From: Mizuhopecten yessoensis
Lineage: Eukaryota
Reading direction: 5' to 3'
Assembly (NCBI RefSeq): GCF_002113885.1
Contig: NW_018408919.1
Coordinates: forward strand, 172,046 to 236,045
Length of the DNA stretch: 64,000 nucleotides
The number at the start of each line of letters is the position of its first letter. The first letter of the stretch is position 1. A program made the translations under genes and the position numbers. Under the pieces are notes generated by a model. The model saw only the letters and a program-made list of their open reading frames with translations. It was not told where the DNA came from and made no database searches. Positions 25,224-37,937 of this stretch are shown here, piece by piece.

Positions 25224-25334
25224 TTAAGGATTTCTAGGAACAGATTCTAGAAGCCCCGGTTTCTTATCACCCAGACTCAATGGACGATTGCTGGAATTCT
25301 TAGATTGACGAACACACTTGCCTTCGTTACATAT
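25224..25334 (-). CDS. ADAMTS-like exon 14 (last)
   Basis: ICNEGKCVRQSKNSSNRPLSLGDKKPGLLESVPRNP-stop. Confidence 0.85.
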   Translation of the reverse strand: MCNEGKCVRQSKNSSNRPLSLGDKKPGLLESVPRNP

Positions 25335-28300
25335 CTACAAGAAGAAAGATAAGTGACGCTGTATTAAATCGAGGAAACAAGTTGGTTTCAATTAAGAATA
25401 TATTCATATGTTGGAGTAGAATAAAAAAAATGTCTGCAAATCTGGTGATTTTGAAACGGGTAATGAAGTAATTTGTTACCTTACGCATACCTGTTATAAT
25501 TATCTTACTCTTATTGCATATATCTGTAACATTTCCTTCTTCTGCTTCAGTAATATCATTCTGAATTATCAAAGTTTGCATTATCAGTGAACCAAGTCCA
25601 AATAAGAATAAAAAATATCACGGCAGAATACTAAAGACAGGAAGGACAATATGAGAAGAAGAAGAAGAAGAAGAAGAAGAAGACCAGGTGTTCCGAAAGG
25701 GCTGAAAGACGACACCTGCTAAACTGAATTCGTCGTATCTTTGTAAACGGCCCTCTGTCATAGTAAGTAACCAACTTGGGACAACATCGGCGTTACCTAC
25801 CTTGCCTTGACCACAGTCCGAACCTTCCATGGCCAGAATACGTTGACAGTAATTCGTGTTTTCGATTTTACAAAATATTCCTTGGGAGCAAATTGTAGTG
25901 TCTGCTACCTGTAAATCATAGAGTGCATTAACATGAATCAGTAAACATCGATTATCAACTAATCATTATCTTGTTTGAATAATTAGTTTTGGATTCACAC
26001 AAATGATATTGATAAGGATACAGGGTTTATGCTGTACGGTTTGGAGTGTAAACAAAATTGAAGAACAAATGCAGTTTTAACTTCACTAAGCGATTATTGC
26101 AGTATCAAGAGAACAAAAAATAAACAAAAAAACACAGGTAAGACATAATCCAACCACTTAAAATGGAGGCAAAAACGCAATACCTTAACACACAATTTTA
26201 TTCATACACATGTATTTCGCGCCACCACGTTATGAGGAACAGATGGAAGGATTTCCTTGACTCGTAATGTGTGTCATTCATCTACTGAGGTAATATTCTC
26301 GATGAACGTCTTCACCTTGTTTAGACAAAAATGGATCGCATACTCTTGGTGAGTATTTGTGTCGAATATTTGTTTAAGTTGGTAATCAAATACAATGTAC
26401 CATACTTTCCATTTCAATACAACAAATAACCAACCAATGTTACTCCGTTATTTTTAGCGCTTTGTACATATTATCACAATCAGTGACATGACATTAAAAA
26501 TACTCACCAGCCATATATGATAATAATGTAAATATAGTAATAAAGTAATCTCATTGGTTGGAAATCTGAAATTATTATTTCAAACATCAACGATATCATG
26601 TTTTTTTGTCTATTTCGGTCGATTATTCTCAACATGCATTTCCCTCCATAAATGTGATTCATTTGCTTGAAAAATAGCACATTGAGACATTCATAAACCT
26701 TATATATACAATTATAGCATTTTCAGAACTTTCTTTGATATCACGGAGGTCGAAAGGTCGAGAATTAAACGGTGGCGAGCATTTCATGGTATACTGGTAG
26801 TATCTGAAACAGAAGCAGCGAGGTTTCAAATGCCATTATTCAACCTTTCTACCTAAACTTTCTATATTATTTACCCGGCACACGAACGAATTTATGCCCT
26901 GTCTTAATTTACACTGAGAATTCAGGTCGTAAACTTGTCCTCCGCTAGCTAGGCCGTGGTCTTTGTCGTATTCCGTCTTGGAAAAACTGTTCTTCTTCGT
27001 GCACACGTGGTTACCCAGTCTGTAAAAATTTAACGGAGAAAAGGTAGCCACTTTTCAAAGAGTGCATTTTTATCATTAAACCTATCTACCAAATGGTTCA
27101 CAGGTGCATAGTGAAAATACAATACAGACCGTAATTGAACAAACTATTGATACTTTCCATTACGATCTTTAAGATTCACATTCGAAGCTTAATCAACCGC
27201 GTCAAAGTTTGCGCACAAGATTGAAATCGGGATTTGTAGTCGATGTGATAAGACATAGATAAGAACAGAAAGTATAGAGCGGAAACATTTAATATTATAA
27301 TTTTGTAAAAAGTCAATTGATGGTTTAACTGGTACGAGGAAAATAAGATGATATGCTTTTTATGTATAATGACTTGAAGTAATGTTTTTTTCTTTTTAGG
27401 ACCGTTCTAAGTCAAAGTGGTTTTACGACGTGAAAATTGTCATTAATGAAATAAGCAGAAAAATGAAACACATATATTTCATAAATGCGTTGTCTTATTG
27501 AATAAAATACTGTGTAGACTAATTTAAATTTAACAAAAACGAGTTATTTATCACACTGCTTTCATTTTAGGACCTTGAGGTTTTAGTGGCACTCACCTGT
27601 TAAGGTATTTGTAAATTGCATCTGAGGAGCATTCCGACATCTTCCACATGTGCCTTGCCACTTTTTTCGTAGACTGTGCAGTAAATGCAGCCATTATGTA
27701 TTGCTTGTCATCATTACAGCCAGCTGCCCCATCATGACTGGACCCGAGACTGTCGGATACACAGAAATAATAGTCCTTGTACATTTAAAGGGTATTTTAT
27801 TGTGTTAGTGAGTGTCTTGTATGCGATACCTGAACTTGAAGGATGCTAACATCAGATCAGAGTAGGTCAAAGAAAATACTCAAAAACTCAAAAACTACGG
27901 AAGAGTTTCTTAATGAAGTATTTATATACATATAGTAAATGCTTAATGAGGATGAAAAACTGTGGTCTCTTGAGACTGCTTTTAGATGGCGCGAATTTCC
28001 CCCTCAATTTTTTCCCCTAAATATTTTGCAAGACAACGTTTATTTACCTTGAAAGAAGCACTGCCAATGAGCTTATGCCAAGACGCAGTAGCCCTCGCCA
28101 ATACGTCGTCTTTTTTTAAACACTTTCTACTAAACCAACTCAAGACGCGTGGTCCTTAATCTTCCCATATCAACTGTTATTGTGGAAGTCATTCATGTCT
28201 AGAATAGGGAAGGAGGTTGATTATGTATGCTTGATTGAGAGTATACGGGTATGGAAATAAAAATATGATCCTGATGAATCCATGCATGTTTTTGTTGTTG

Positions 28301-31300
28301 TTTGTATACCTTCCTTTATTTTCTCATTATTATGCTACTATACCTTGCATATTCACCTGTGTTTCAAGTAAACAAATGATTTACCATTGGAAAAACAGAC
28401 AATATGGGTAACTTTTCTTGGATAAGTTGTCATGTTCTTTGTTTTATTGCGACCTCATTAACCGCCAGCATATTTCTTTGTCCCCATAATCTATCGCCAA
28501 ACCTCTTTACAGCGCCAATATTTCTTTCGGGAAATGGTGGCAGTATAGCGAGGTTTTACTGTAATTTTTGTTTATATTCTTATCATTCATGATATTTCTC
28601 TAACTGATGAAACTTTGACCAAACATATTTCTACTTCACATACCGCCGACCTTGTTCACCACACCTGATCATTTACGCTATTACCATGACAGATATGACC
28701 TACCTGTGACCTAATTCGTGAGACGCTGTCTGTCCCGTCGTACCGTACGACGCATCCTCTATTATGGATACCGCCAGGCTCGGCGTGGAACACGTGGTGC
28801 CCTTGAATGCAACACCTGTGACGTATCAAAAAAGGTAAATTAAACATGTGCCAATTAGTAAGTGTAAAGGATAAAAGAGAAGGTCAATGCCCTAAGAAAA
28901 TTTGAATGGTTTTGTTTATACTGGTAGACTGTATGCAGACAGGAAGACCACGTATAAACCTTATGGTGTTAATGAACTCGGGACACAACAATACTTGGCA
29001 AATATAAGCAATGTGAATTTGAGCAATACATTAATGAATTATTTCAAAAATATATACATTCAAAAAAATCAAAATAGTCAACTTGACAACTTTCATTTGT
29101 ATTTCAATACTTTTTAACAGTCGAATGGGTAATATGGAGAGAATGAAATATCATAAAACATTTAAACTCGGGAAAATACTTATAATCAATACTGAGTATT
29201 CAAACTATCTATTAGAAACATCTGAAGACTATAATATTCGATGTAAGGTAACAATATATGTAGTCAAGCTTGAATGAACAACACACTCAATGTGTCGGCT
29301 CCTTTTGATTTAAACATATTTTATTGCAAACGAATTGGACACAAGTTTTGCCAACTTGATGAAGTCCTCTTCGACAAAATTTAATTGATTACAATACATA
29401 TCACGCAATGTTAGAGCTACTTAAATATACATATGACAAGAAAGAATTGTAGTTAAGAGAGGGGACAAAGATGAGATCGAGATATTTTTCGAAAAACATT
29501 GGACACAGCTAACTTAAGTTTTATTGCATAGTATAATTTGTTTTCATCTAGATTGTGAGCCATGTGTGAGTTCATTGTCCACGTAGACGGAGCTTGCGAT
29601 ATACTGTTCACTATTCGCACACCTTCAGCTTGTCTATTGTCCATTACATCCCGTACCTTGGTTGACTTTCTCCTTGACATTCCTTGCTGTTAAATTCGAT
29701 TCCACGACTACTTGATGTAATTAGCATGATATAAAATAATACATCATTGATATGTGTTTCTGTTACAGGTGTCAATTGTATCAAAATATGATGATTTTCG
29801 TTATATTCCGTCTTTGCGTATTGCAGAGTTATCTTCTCTTGTGAGCAGGTATTTATTGTTACGTCATTGGTTTGTGAGAGTAACGTCATAAATTTTTAAG
29901 AAAACGACGTAATTTTCTCACACAAACCAATGACGTAACAATCAATACCTGCTCCCAAGAGAAGATAACTCTGCAATACGCAAAGACGGAATAACGCTTT
30001 AAACAATCAATATTTTAAAACCGAACAAAACAAATAAGGTAAATAAAACCCTCTCATAGTTTAAGGCATTTCGAAAAACAAGGATTCAATTTCAGCTAAC
30101 CAGGCATTGTGTAATGGGGAATGGACATTTGATTTTAATCTAGATCAACGAAAACAATATTTTTGCCAAAAGTTACAACGTACAAATGAATTGTAGCTTT
30201 AAAAGTAGCTTATATTGTAAACGAACTCTCGTTAAAAACAAAAACTATCCGGGTTTAATGTAAACAATCAAACAGTGTATTTCATTTAAAAACCGGACCG
30301 GCAAAATTTAAGCTGTGTACCTAATTGTATTAGGAACTACGACTTAAAAATGTCAATGACCCATTAAAACAAATTGAAATAAATAGGGTTTTATATTAAA
30401 GCTACCATGGTCAGTTATTTTTCGACAGAAATATCAAAACAACGGTTTTACAATCAACGATTCAGCAACAGCATGGTAAAGTATAAATCGAAATCATCAT
30501 CGCATCATGCTATTTATAAACAAGCTGTATCATCTTACCCAATAGATCAGATTGCCACCCATCCTCGTAGAATGCAAGGTCCCTTCTGTGGAAGGCAGAC
30601 ATTTAATATTAGATGATAGAAAACAGGGTTGCATAAAAAGGGGGATATATTTTTTGAAAGAAATATTCTTAGAAATAATTCCCCTATAAGCTGCATATAA
30701 AGAAGTATATATATATATAAAAAACAATTCGACGCGACTACGCTGCAATGCCCCTTTTCCTTTGAATATTATTCGTGAAATATTGTGATATATCAAATAT
30801 GAACATATATTCCACGTTTTTTTCTGAATTATTCTGTGATTACCTCCTTTCTTTCATTCACACCATAACCAATTATATCACATGACACGTAGTTCTGCGG
30901 TTTTATATGAATGAATCTACAGACAAGATTTAGGTTTTTGAACAGAGTGTGTAAGAAGCCTAAGCCAAGAACAATATATTAAAATTTCCTTTCATTTTAC
31001 ATAAATATTGTTGGGTAGACCTGAAGGAATATCTTTTTCTGTAGCTCCCTACAGAAACGTCTTCAGACTGGAAAGTACACTTTAGTCTCTATGAAATAAC
31101 ATTCCTAGTGACTTATTACAATAATTAATAATTCATAAACTGATCTTTATATGGCGTTGTAGGAAACATCATTTAGTCAAAGATATATATTTTAAATTGA
31201 CTTGAATGTCATTTTAGAGATGAATATGGCTTTAAACAGTTCTGTTAACTATTAGGTGAGATTGAAATGTTTCGACTTTAACAGTAGATAGGCTTTTTTC

Positions 31301-34300
31301 ATAATGGTAATTCAAATTTTCTTATAACATTCGTACGGTGACTGAACCAACTTGTCTCACCTGTTTTTGTTTCAACAATTTTTCCATTTGAGCAATGAGA
31401 AATAGCCACTAAGAATTTTAACTTTGTTTTCACTCACGATGTATGCTCTGTATTATGAACGTGAGTTTGTAAATATAATCGCTTACCTGCTGAATTGCAT
31501 GGCATGGTCAAACTCCGGCAGATATTCCCTGTTACTGTATTGGTACTGTCCAAATAACTTCATGGCATTCTCAGCGTCGTAAATATTGTTGCCAACAAGG
31601 TATTTTGGTATCCATGGAAAACCATCTAAAGTCTTTTCATAAACAGATAACAAGAAATGGATATAATCTATTACCTTTCTGATGAAAAAACATAATAATC
31701 TTGAACAAAATACGTTATTTTTGATTTGTTTTAACTCTATTTGTGTCACAAATAAGCATATCTACTTAGGTTTGATATAGTTCTGAACATAAAAAAGTGG
31801 CAACAGAGGTATATATGTCCTATTTTTTTCTTACGTGTACAGAAAACAATTGATATATATATAAATGTTCCTTAATGAATATGGATATGTTTGTATTCTA
31901 ATTATTTCATCAACTGAGTTAAGGACAAAACATACAGAAACTTCATCCACCTACTAAAACTCACCTTTGAAAACACAAATCCGTTAATCATAATGTCGAC
32001 CTTGAACTTGTCATGTCGATCACTCAATGATTGGTATCGTAGGTCCATCTACCCAATGGAAAGTAACGAAGAAAATATACATCATAGAGTTAACATACAA
32101 GGACAAACAATGATTGAAAGATGATTAGAGAAGACACCTAAACGAAACCCCGCATGTCCCATTCGACATGATGTCTCCCGTCAAACCCATGAACGTATGT
32201 TGGTCAAAGATGATCTAAGTCTTTAATCATGGAAGACACTGGCTTACCATAATGATAGTCAGGTCCAATAGAAAACCCTAACCAGTTGATATATATTGGC
32301 AAATATCTACTAGAACATATGACAACACTTTTTTTAAGACGGCAGTTCGTCAATTGGTCTGCGACTATGACTTACATCATTTGCTATGAGTGTATAGTAC
32401 ATCTTCATTTTCGCTAACGTCTCCTCTTCATTTCCACCACTGATCTTCAGAAAACTGACGATAAAGAACATGTATTGTACAGTAGAAGCATTGTAGGTTG
32501 GCTTCATTAAAAATATTTGAAAATATTATCGAATATATTCGCTAGAGCACATTGGATTCCTATTATATATACTTAAACCCTTATCTTGCAGCTAACTATT
32601 ATCATTGCTGTTGTAGTTTTATGTTATGTGGATATTTGAATGTTGAACTGTTGCGTCTTTATTGAACATTTTAAAATTGTTGTTTTGTTTAATACTTACA
32701 AATCGTAAATAGTATCATCCAGAAACACAAGAATTTCGACCACGTGATTGTTGCCATGAGAAAGTGCCCTCTTGTTGATGATGTCGTGTAAAAGAGGCCT
32801 TCCTTTTGAATGGGCATCATCTTTCGAAATATACAAAAGAGAATACAGTTTTAATTCGTTACACATGATAATATGTTTATTTGTTTTGTTTAATGTTAAC
32901 GTAGCCGTGCTTAACATATTTTTATCTACAAAGTTTAACAGCAGTGCAACAGTCTTACCATGTAGCGCGGTGTCACGATAGGCAACCATTGGCCTTGTTG
33001 TTTTGGCAATTCTGTGGTGTTGACTTCCTTGAGAATGTGGCTGAATTCTAAAATGTTCACCCTCATGGAAGAACCCGCCATACTATAAAAAATTACGAGA
33101 AACTAACATCAATTACGTCATTTTAACAATACCTTATCATTTAGTTACTTTATAAAAATATATCTAATGATCTAAAACTCTTACCCAAGGAGTTTCATCA
33201 AATCAAATGGAATCAGAACTAGTTTAAGTTTCTTTTGTTTCATATAGTTTACCTATGTTCTATATCATTTTTGTCATTAAAATAAATAAATGAATAAACT
33301 TTAAGAAAAAAACGTCATTTTTACTTTTTACTTTGCATCATGAACATATCACTGTTAAAGCAAGGACCGTCTGTACAATTTAATGCATATTGCTAAGAGT
33401 TATCAAAAGTCAATAAATGCCAAAGTTATAATTTGACGAATGTACTAATATTATAGACCAAAGCTATATGGCAAGTATTGTCTTCAAAAATAATATTACG
33501 GGTGGGGTGGGGTGGGGGGGNNNNNNNNNNNNNNNNNNNNNNNNNNNNNNNNNNNNNNNNNNNNNNNNNNNNNNNNNNNNNNNNNNNNNNNNNNNNNNNN
33601 NNNNNNNNNNNNNNNNNNNGGGGCATAAAAAGAAGTGAATGTAAAAGAAGAATACTTTATTTAGAAGGAGGATTAAGAAAGGCACGTTATCGAGTACTAT
33701 TCCTATCAGATATTAGTGAAGAAGACTTATTGCCAGTCTATTTCGTTTATGGTCAGTTGATTATACATCAAAGCTGACCACCTACGAGGTTACACGAGGG
33801 TAATGTCTCATCACACTGAAGTAAGATGGAAGCTCCGGAGTCACTGTCCTGGTAAGTAGCATACATCTGAAACAAATACAATAACTGCAGATTATAATAT
33901 TAATGGTTTATTTCGATATTCTATCAAATTCACATTTATTAGATGGAGGCTCCAAGTATCATCGAGCTGGTAAGTGGATAACGTTTTCAACGAGCATAAT
34001 TATTCCAAATTATTACGTTAAGAATATCGTATTTTATTCACAGTTTTTCTCTGGTTTTGCATTTCAAGAATGAATTTCAAAGTGATTTGCACCTGGAACT
34101 TTAGAAAAATCTTATCCATATAAGAACAAATTCTGAATTGGGAAAGGGGAGTCGTGTGTGTATCGAAGGAGGGGAGGGGGATTGCAAAGTGATCTTAAAT
34201 TTATATCTACCAAAAAATGCTGCAATAATAGGAACCCGAATTTGTTTAGTAATAACGGCAACTAAGACATTAGGGAAAACAGACGTTTCACAAGTGAGCT

Positions 34301-35179
34301 ATTTTATAAAAAGTTTGTCTATTTTCACTGTAGAAAGTCTAATATTGTATGTTTCATATAAGAAAGTCTTTATATTTGTGAACCAAAAAAAGGTAAACTT
34401 CAATATTATGGATATGATGACTTACCCTTCTTGATGACTGGTGAAGTTTTAGATTATGATCACTGGACATTTGATACATGGGTACATCTCGATCCAGATG
34501 TGCTGTTTTTGTCAGGTGCAAACGTTTATCCTTTCCCCTGACGGAGAGTTTGTAATCAACAAGTCTAGGGTAATCGATTTCTTCAGATCGTCGATTACGT
34601 ATATTTATGGACGATGAATCTATTTCAACAGTTACAATTTCTGAAAAGAATATAGTTAATTATCATTTAAAGAACGATCCACTATCAATGCCAAGCATCA
34701 AACCAATATACATTATTATATTTGAAATTCACTGTAAGCACGAAAACTTGTATTTTGATCTTAAATAATTCTTATTAGAATTCGAACAATTGTTGTGTGA
34801 CCGGGAAAATAGAAAACGATACTTTTTAAAATTAATGATTTCCGCCATTTGAGCAGATTCAATTATAAAACGCAAACAATATTGTTTTATTCAAGATAAA
34901 TGAGTTAAAAACTGTTTACCTTGCTATTGTTATTAAAGTCCATATAAGTCATAATCTAGTAGTATTACATGTCCCGTTATAAAGAATCCGAGCATATAGT
35001 TATAATACGGAATATCAGAATGCTATATTCCCGTTGTGCCATTACAAGGCAAGAATATTAATTATGGATCAGTATTTTCACTCACCTGTGTCATCAGAAT
35101 CAAATTCCTCGAAAAGTTTGTAACAAAGTGTGTAAGGTATCAAAACTAAAAAGAGTATATTTAAACGTTTCATTTTCAT
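25224..35179 (-). CDS. Secreted ADAMTS-like reprolysin (M12B) zinc metalloprotease, 539 aa, 14 exons
   Basis: Signal peptide MKMKRLNILFLVLIPYTLC, prodomain with RNRR and INKR basic sites, VEILVFLD, FDHAMQF, HELGHSLGSSHD, Met-turn YIMA, Cys-rich tail GQVYDLNSQC..EGSDCGQGKICNEGKC. Exon lengths sum to 1620 nt in frame; all GT-AG. Confidence 0.9.
25653..25683. repeat. (GAA)n microsatellite
   Basis: Directly visible. Confidence 0.95.
25801..25908 (-). CDS. ADAMTS-like exon 13
   Basis: VADTTICSQGIFCKIENTNYCQRILAMEGSDCGQGK. Confidence 0.9.
26875..27019 (-). CDS. ADAMTS-like exon 12
   Basis: LGNHVCTKK..GGQVYDLNSQCKLRQGINSFVCR. Confidence 0.9.
27597..27749 (-). CDS. ADAMTS-like exon 11 (third His and Met-turn)
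   Basis: LGSSHDGAAGCNDDKQYIMA..WKMSECS. Confidence 0.93.
28704..28815 (-). CDS. ADAMTS-like exon 10 (HEXXH)
   Basis: VAFKGTTCSTPSLAVSIIEDASYGTTGQTASHELGH. Confidence 0.93.
29804..29993. mobile_element. Fold-back palindromic MITE with ~75-bp arms in an ADAMTS-like intron
   Basis: tattccgtctttgcgtattgcagagttatcttctctt.. is mirrored by ..aagagaagataactctgcaatacgcaaagacggaata. Confidence 0.85.
30539..30585 (-). CDS. ADAMTS-like exon 9
   Basis: RDLAFYEDGWQSDLL; phase 2 to 1 fits its neighbours. Confidence 0.85.
31487..31632 (-). CDS. ADAMTS-like exon 8
   Basis: TLDGFPWI..LPEFDHAMQFS. Confidence 0.9.
31965..32048 (-). CDS. ADAMTS-like exon 7
   Basis: MDLRYQSLSDRHDKFKVDIMINGFVFSK. Confidence 0.88.
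32376..32454 (-). CDS. ADAMTS-like exon 6
   Basis: FLKISGGNEEETLAKMKMYYTLIAND. Confidence 0.88.
32700..32820 (-). CDS. ADAMTS-like exon 5
   Basis: ..IINKRALSHGNNHVVEILVFLDDTIYD. Confidence 0.9.
32959..33082 (-). CDS. ADAMTS-like exon 4
   Basis: YGGFFHEGEHFRIQP..HRI, typical M12B prodomain pattern. Confidence 0.88.
33521..33619. other. Assembly gap (N run) next to a G-rich tract
   Basis: N characters. Confidence 1.
33786..33866 (-). CDS. ADAMTS-like exon 3
   Basis: MYATYQDSDSGASILLQCDETLPSCNL. Confidence 0.85.
34426..34640 (-). CDS. ADAMTS-like exon 2 (prodomain)
   Basis: IVTVEIDSSSINIRNRRSEEIDYPRL..KRLHLTK..DVPMY. Confidence 0.85.
35086..35179 (-). CDS. ADAMTS-like exon 1 (signal peptide)
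   Basis: MKMKRLNILFLVLIPYTLCYKLFEEFDSDDT; donor gtgagt. Confidence 0.8.
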
Positions 35180-36084
35180 GAAAATAGAAATAGTTTGCAA
35201 CTAAAATAAAAGATGACTGACCACCTACTGAAATTCACTTTAATGTAATACTTTAAACGAAACTTTTCTATAAATTGATAACATTTGGTGAACAATTATG
35301 ACTGTTCAAAGTTTAATGCAATTACATGCCATTAGTACATGGTGATATATCCATTGTCACGCCTCGGGCATCAAACAATGCCATTGTACCCAGATAATAG
35401 AACAACAGCCGCAGGGTAAAAACGGTTCCCAAGACAGTGCACTCGTGATCGTCTAACATTACGTTATATACACGGTCAGTGCTATAGATTTATATTTTGC
35501 ATTTTTCATATGTATGATTTCCTCCTTCCTTACAAGTACAGGCATTTTGGTCGTTACTTTTTAAAACAGATAAACAGCATTTTTATATATTAATGATCAT
35601 ATTAACATGTCTTTTATTTGTAAGGTGTTGAATACGGGAAATTTGGATTGGGGCCGTGGATAATGCAATCGTCTTTAACAAAGATGGCCGAGCTTCGGCT
35701 CTTTGATCGGACGTGACGTGAAAAGGTATTTAGTCATCAGCCTAACTACGTGGGTTTTCTCTGTGTACTTTGATTTTCTCTCACATTTAAACCCCTTTCG
35801 CTCTTCCATCCTGGCAAAGAGGTGTTTAATATAGTTTTCGATAAAAATAATTGTTGCAATATAAATCAAGTTCATTACAAATGCAGGGAATTCTATTGCG
35901 GCGTATGGTTTCTTTATGTTGTATAGGACGTGTCTACTTTCAATTCCAAGGATTTTCAGGTTTTACCTTGGCTTTCTGTGTATATTTTTTATAAATAAGT
36001 TAATCGATTGAGCCGCATAAAGGTCCTGAAGTGTGATAGCTGTTCGACTCACTACCAATGTAGCTACATATCATGGATCCACAG

Positions 36085-36454
36085 AGGGATCCCTGTACCA
36101 CTGCCGAAAACTATAACCACTAATTTGAAACTTTTCTCCAGCCTAAAAATAGCTTTGATAAATCATTTCTGAAAAGAAAACCATACTCAGTGGTACTTTT
36201 ATGAACAAAAATAATGAAGTTGAAATAAACAAAATATTATAAACAGAAGTGTTCTCAGTGGAAAAATTGAGCAAGGCTTGATTTGGATTCAAACCCTTGT
36301 CTTCAGATTGTTATACTAAAGCTCAAACCGACTGAGCTACCTCGTCAACCGAAGTGTGTTTGTCCAATAGTGCTACAGTTATATCCAAAAGGGAATTAAG
36401 GGGAGATTACTGCATATACGAAAACAATAGCGCCGTTTGGGCAGGGATCCTTAA
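36085..36454 (-). mobile_element. Kolobok-like tRNA-bearing MITE, second diverged copy (inverted)
   Basis: gggatccctgtaccactgc ... gcagggatccttaa; colinear reverse-complement similarity to 21709-22067. Confidence 0.75.
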
Positions 36455-36629
36455 GTCTAACTCAGTTTTGTTAATTATTCTAACACTTCTCTATTTCTTC
36501 AGCTAATGATATTTCGGAAAACCTTTTTTATTCTGGAAATTTTTTTTTATAACGCCTGATGTATTGAAATGGTGAAATTCTTCGGGCGCGTTTTTGTTGT
36601 CATCTCAGTCCTAGTTGCCTTACCGTACT

Positions 36630-36985
36630 GATTTTGTTTGTATATTGTATCCTTGTTTTTTATATTTTGTATTTTGCATCCTTGTTTATTTATATTTTGT
36701 ATATTGCATCCTTGTTTTTCATATTTTGTATATTGTATCCTTGTTAATTCATATTTTGTATATTGTATCCTTGTTTATCTATATTTTGTATTTTGCATCC
36801 TTGTTTTTCATATTTTGTATATTGTTTCCTTGTTCATTCATATTTTGTATATTGTATCCTTGTTAATTCATATTTTGTATGTTGTATCCTTGTTTATCTA
36901 TATTTTGTATTTTGCACCCTTGTTTATTTATATTTTGTTAATTGTTTCCTTGTTAATTTATATTTTGGTATATTGTATCATTCTT
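36630..36985. repeat. 29/30-bp minisatellite (tattttgtatattgtatccttgtttattta)
   Basis: Directly visible. Confidence 0.92.
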
Positions 36986-37937
36986 TGCCGATTATTTTTA
37001 TATTTTGTTTCCTTCCCTACTGATTATTTGGTATATTGTATTCTATTTTTTTATGGTCTGATATATCATGTCATCGATTGTTGACACTGTGGTGTATTGT
37101 CTCAAGGTTTGCTGATGGACGGGTATTTTTTGTTCTTGTTTGTTGACTCTGTGGTTTGTTTTGTCCCTGTGTGGCGACGCTGTTAAGATATCTATTTAAT
37201 CCAGTAATAAAAATTAAAAAAATACAGACAATGATGAAACAATTCAGTCATTCCGTACAATATTTGTTTCTGTGCTTACCAGAATGGCCAAAGTGTTCAT
37301 TCGGTTGAATATCTGCCAATACACTGAGGTCTTTACACCATACATAATAACATATAAAAAATATAACATCTTATAAACGGTCGATAGTGGGGAATATTAA
37401 TACATTGTTCAATGTTCAAAATGTATATGTACATGAAAGTGACTGTGTTTTGCGTTGTTGTACATTGAAATGTCTATAGTCCATTCCCATGCTACTATTA
37501 CACATTATACAGAGTAGATACAATAAGTTAGACCCCATATCATAAAATCACGTTTGATTAAGTAAGAATTACACGAAACATCAAACTAGTCGGGATTTGT
37601 GACGTCTAAATATCCCCAATTTCAACAATGTGCTAACATACAATTTTAGAGGGTAAATACCATAAGCTATAACCCGTCGTAAAATGACGAAATAATTTAT
37701 ACAATTTACTTAATACATCTATCATAACTGACCTAAACCTGTTTCTCCTAAGCTGTAGTGATTTAACAAGTCGCAATTTGTATATGCACTGTTTGTATAA
37801 TTATATTAAAATGACATCAGATTTCTAGCTGTATTTAAGGTTATGATTTTAAATCGATGGCATGTAAATTGATGCACGGATTTATAATTCTAGAACGTTT
37901 GAGTGATTAAAACTTATTGATAATAAAACATAGTAAT

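Noticed and set aside
29453-29680. SHMAHNL resembling a degenerate HELGH exon duplicate
   Set aside because: No donor at the expected position and only superficial similarity; the real motif exon is 28704-28815.
35730-35745. Hammerhead ribozyme cores (CTGATGA hits here and near 17112, 28604, 63075)
   Set aside because: No stem II followed by GAAA could be built by eye.
36615-37084. Hydrophobic ORFs in three frames
   Set aside because: Translation of a T-rich minisatellite.
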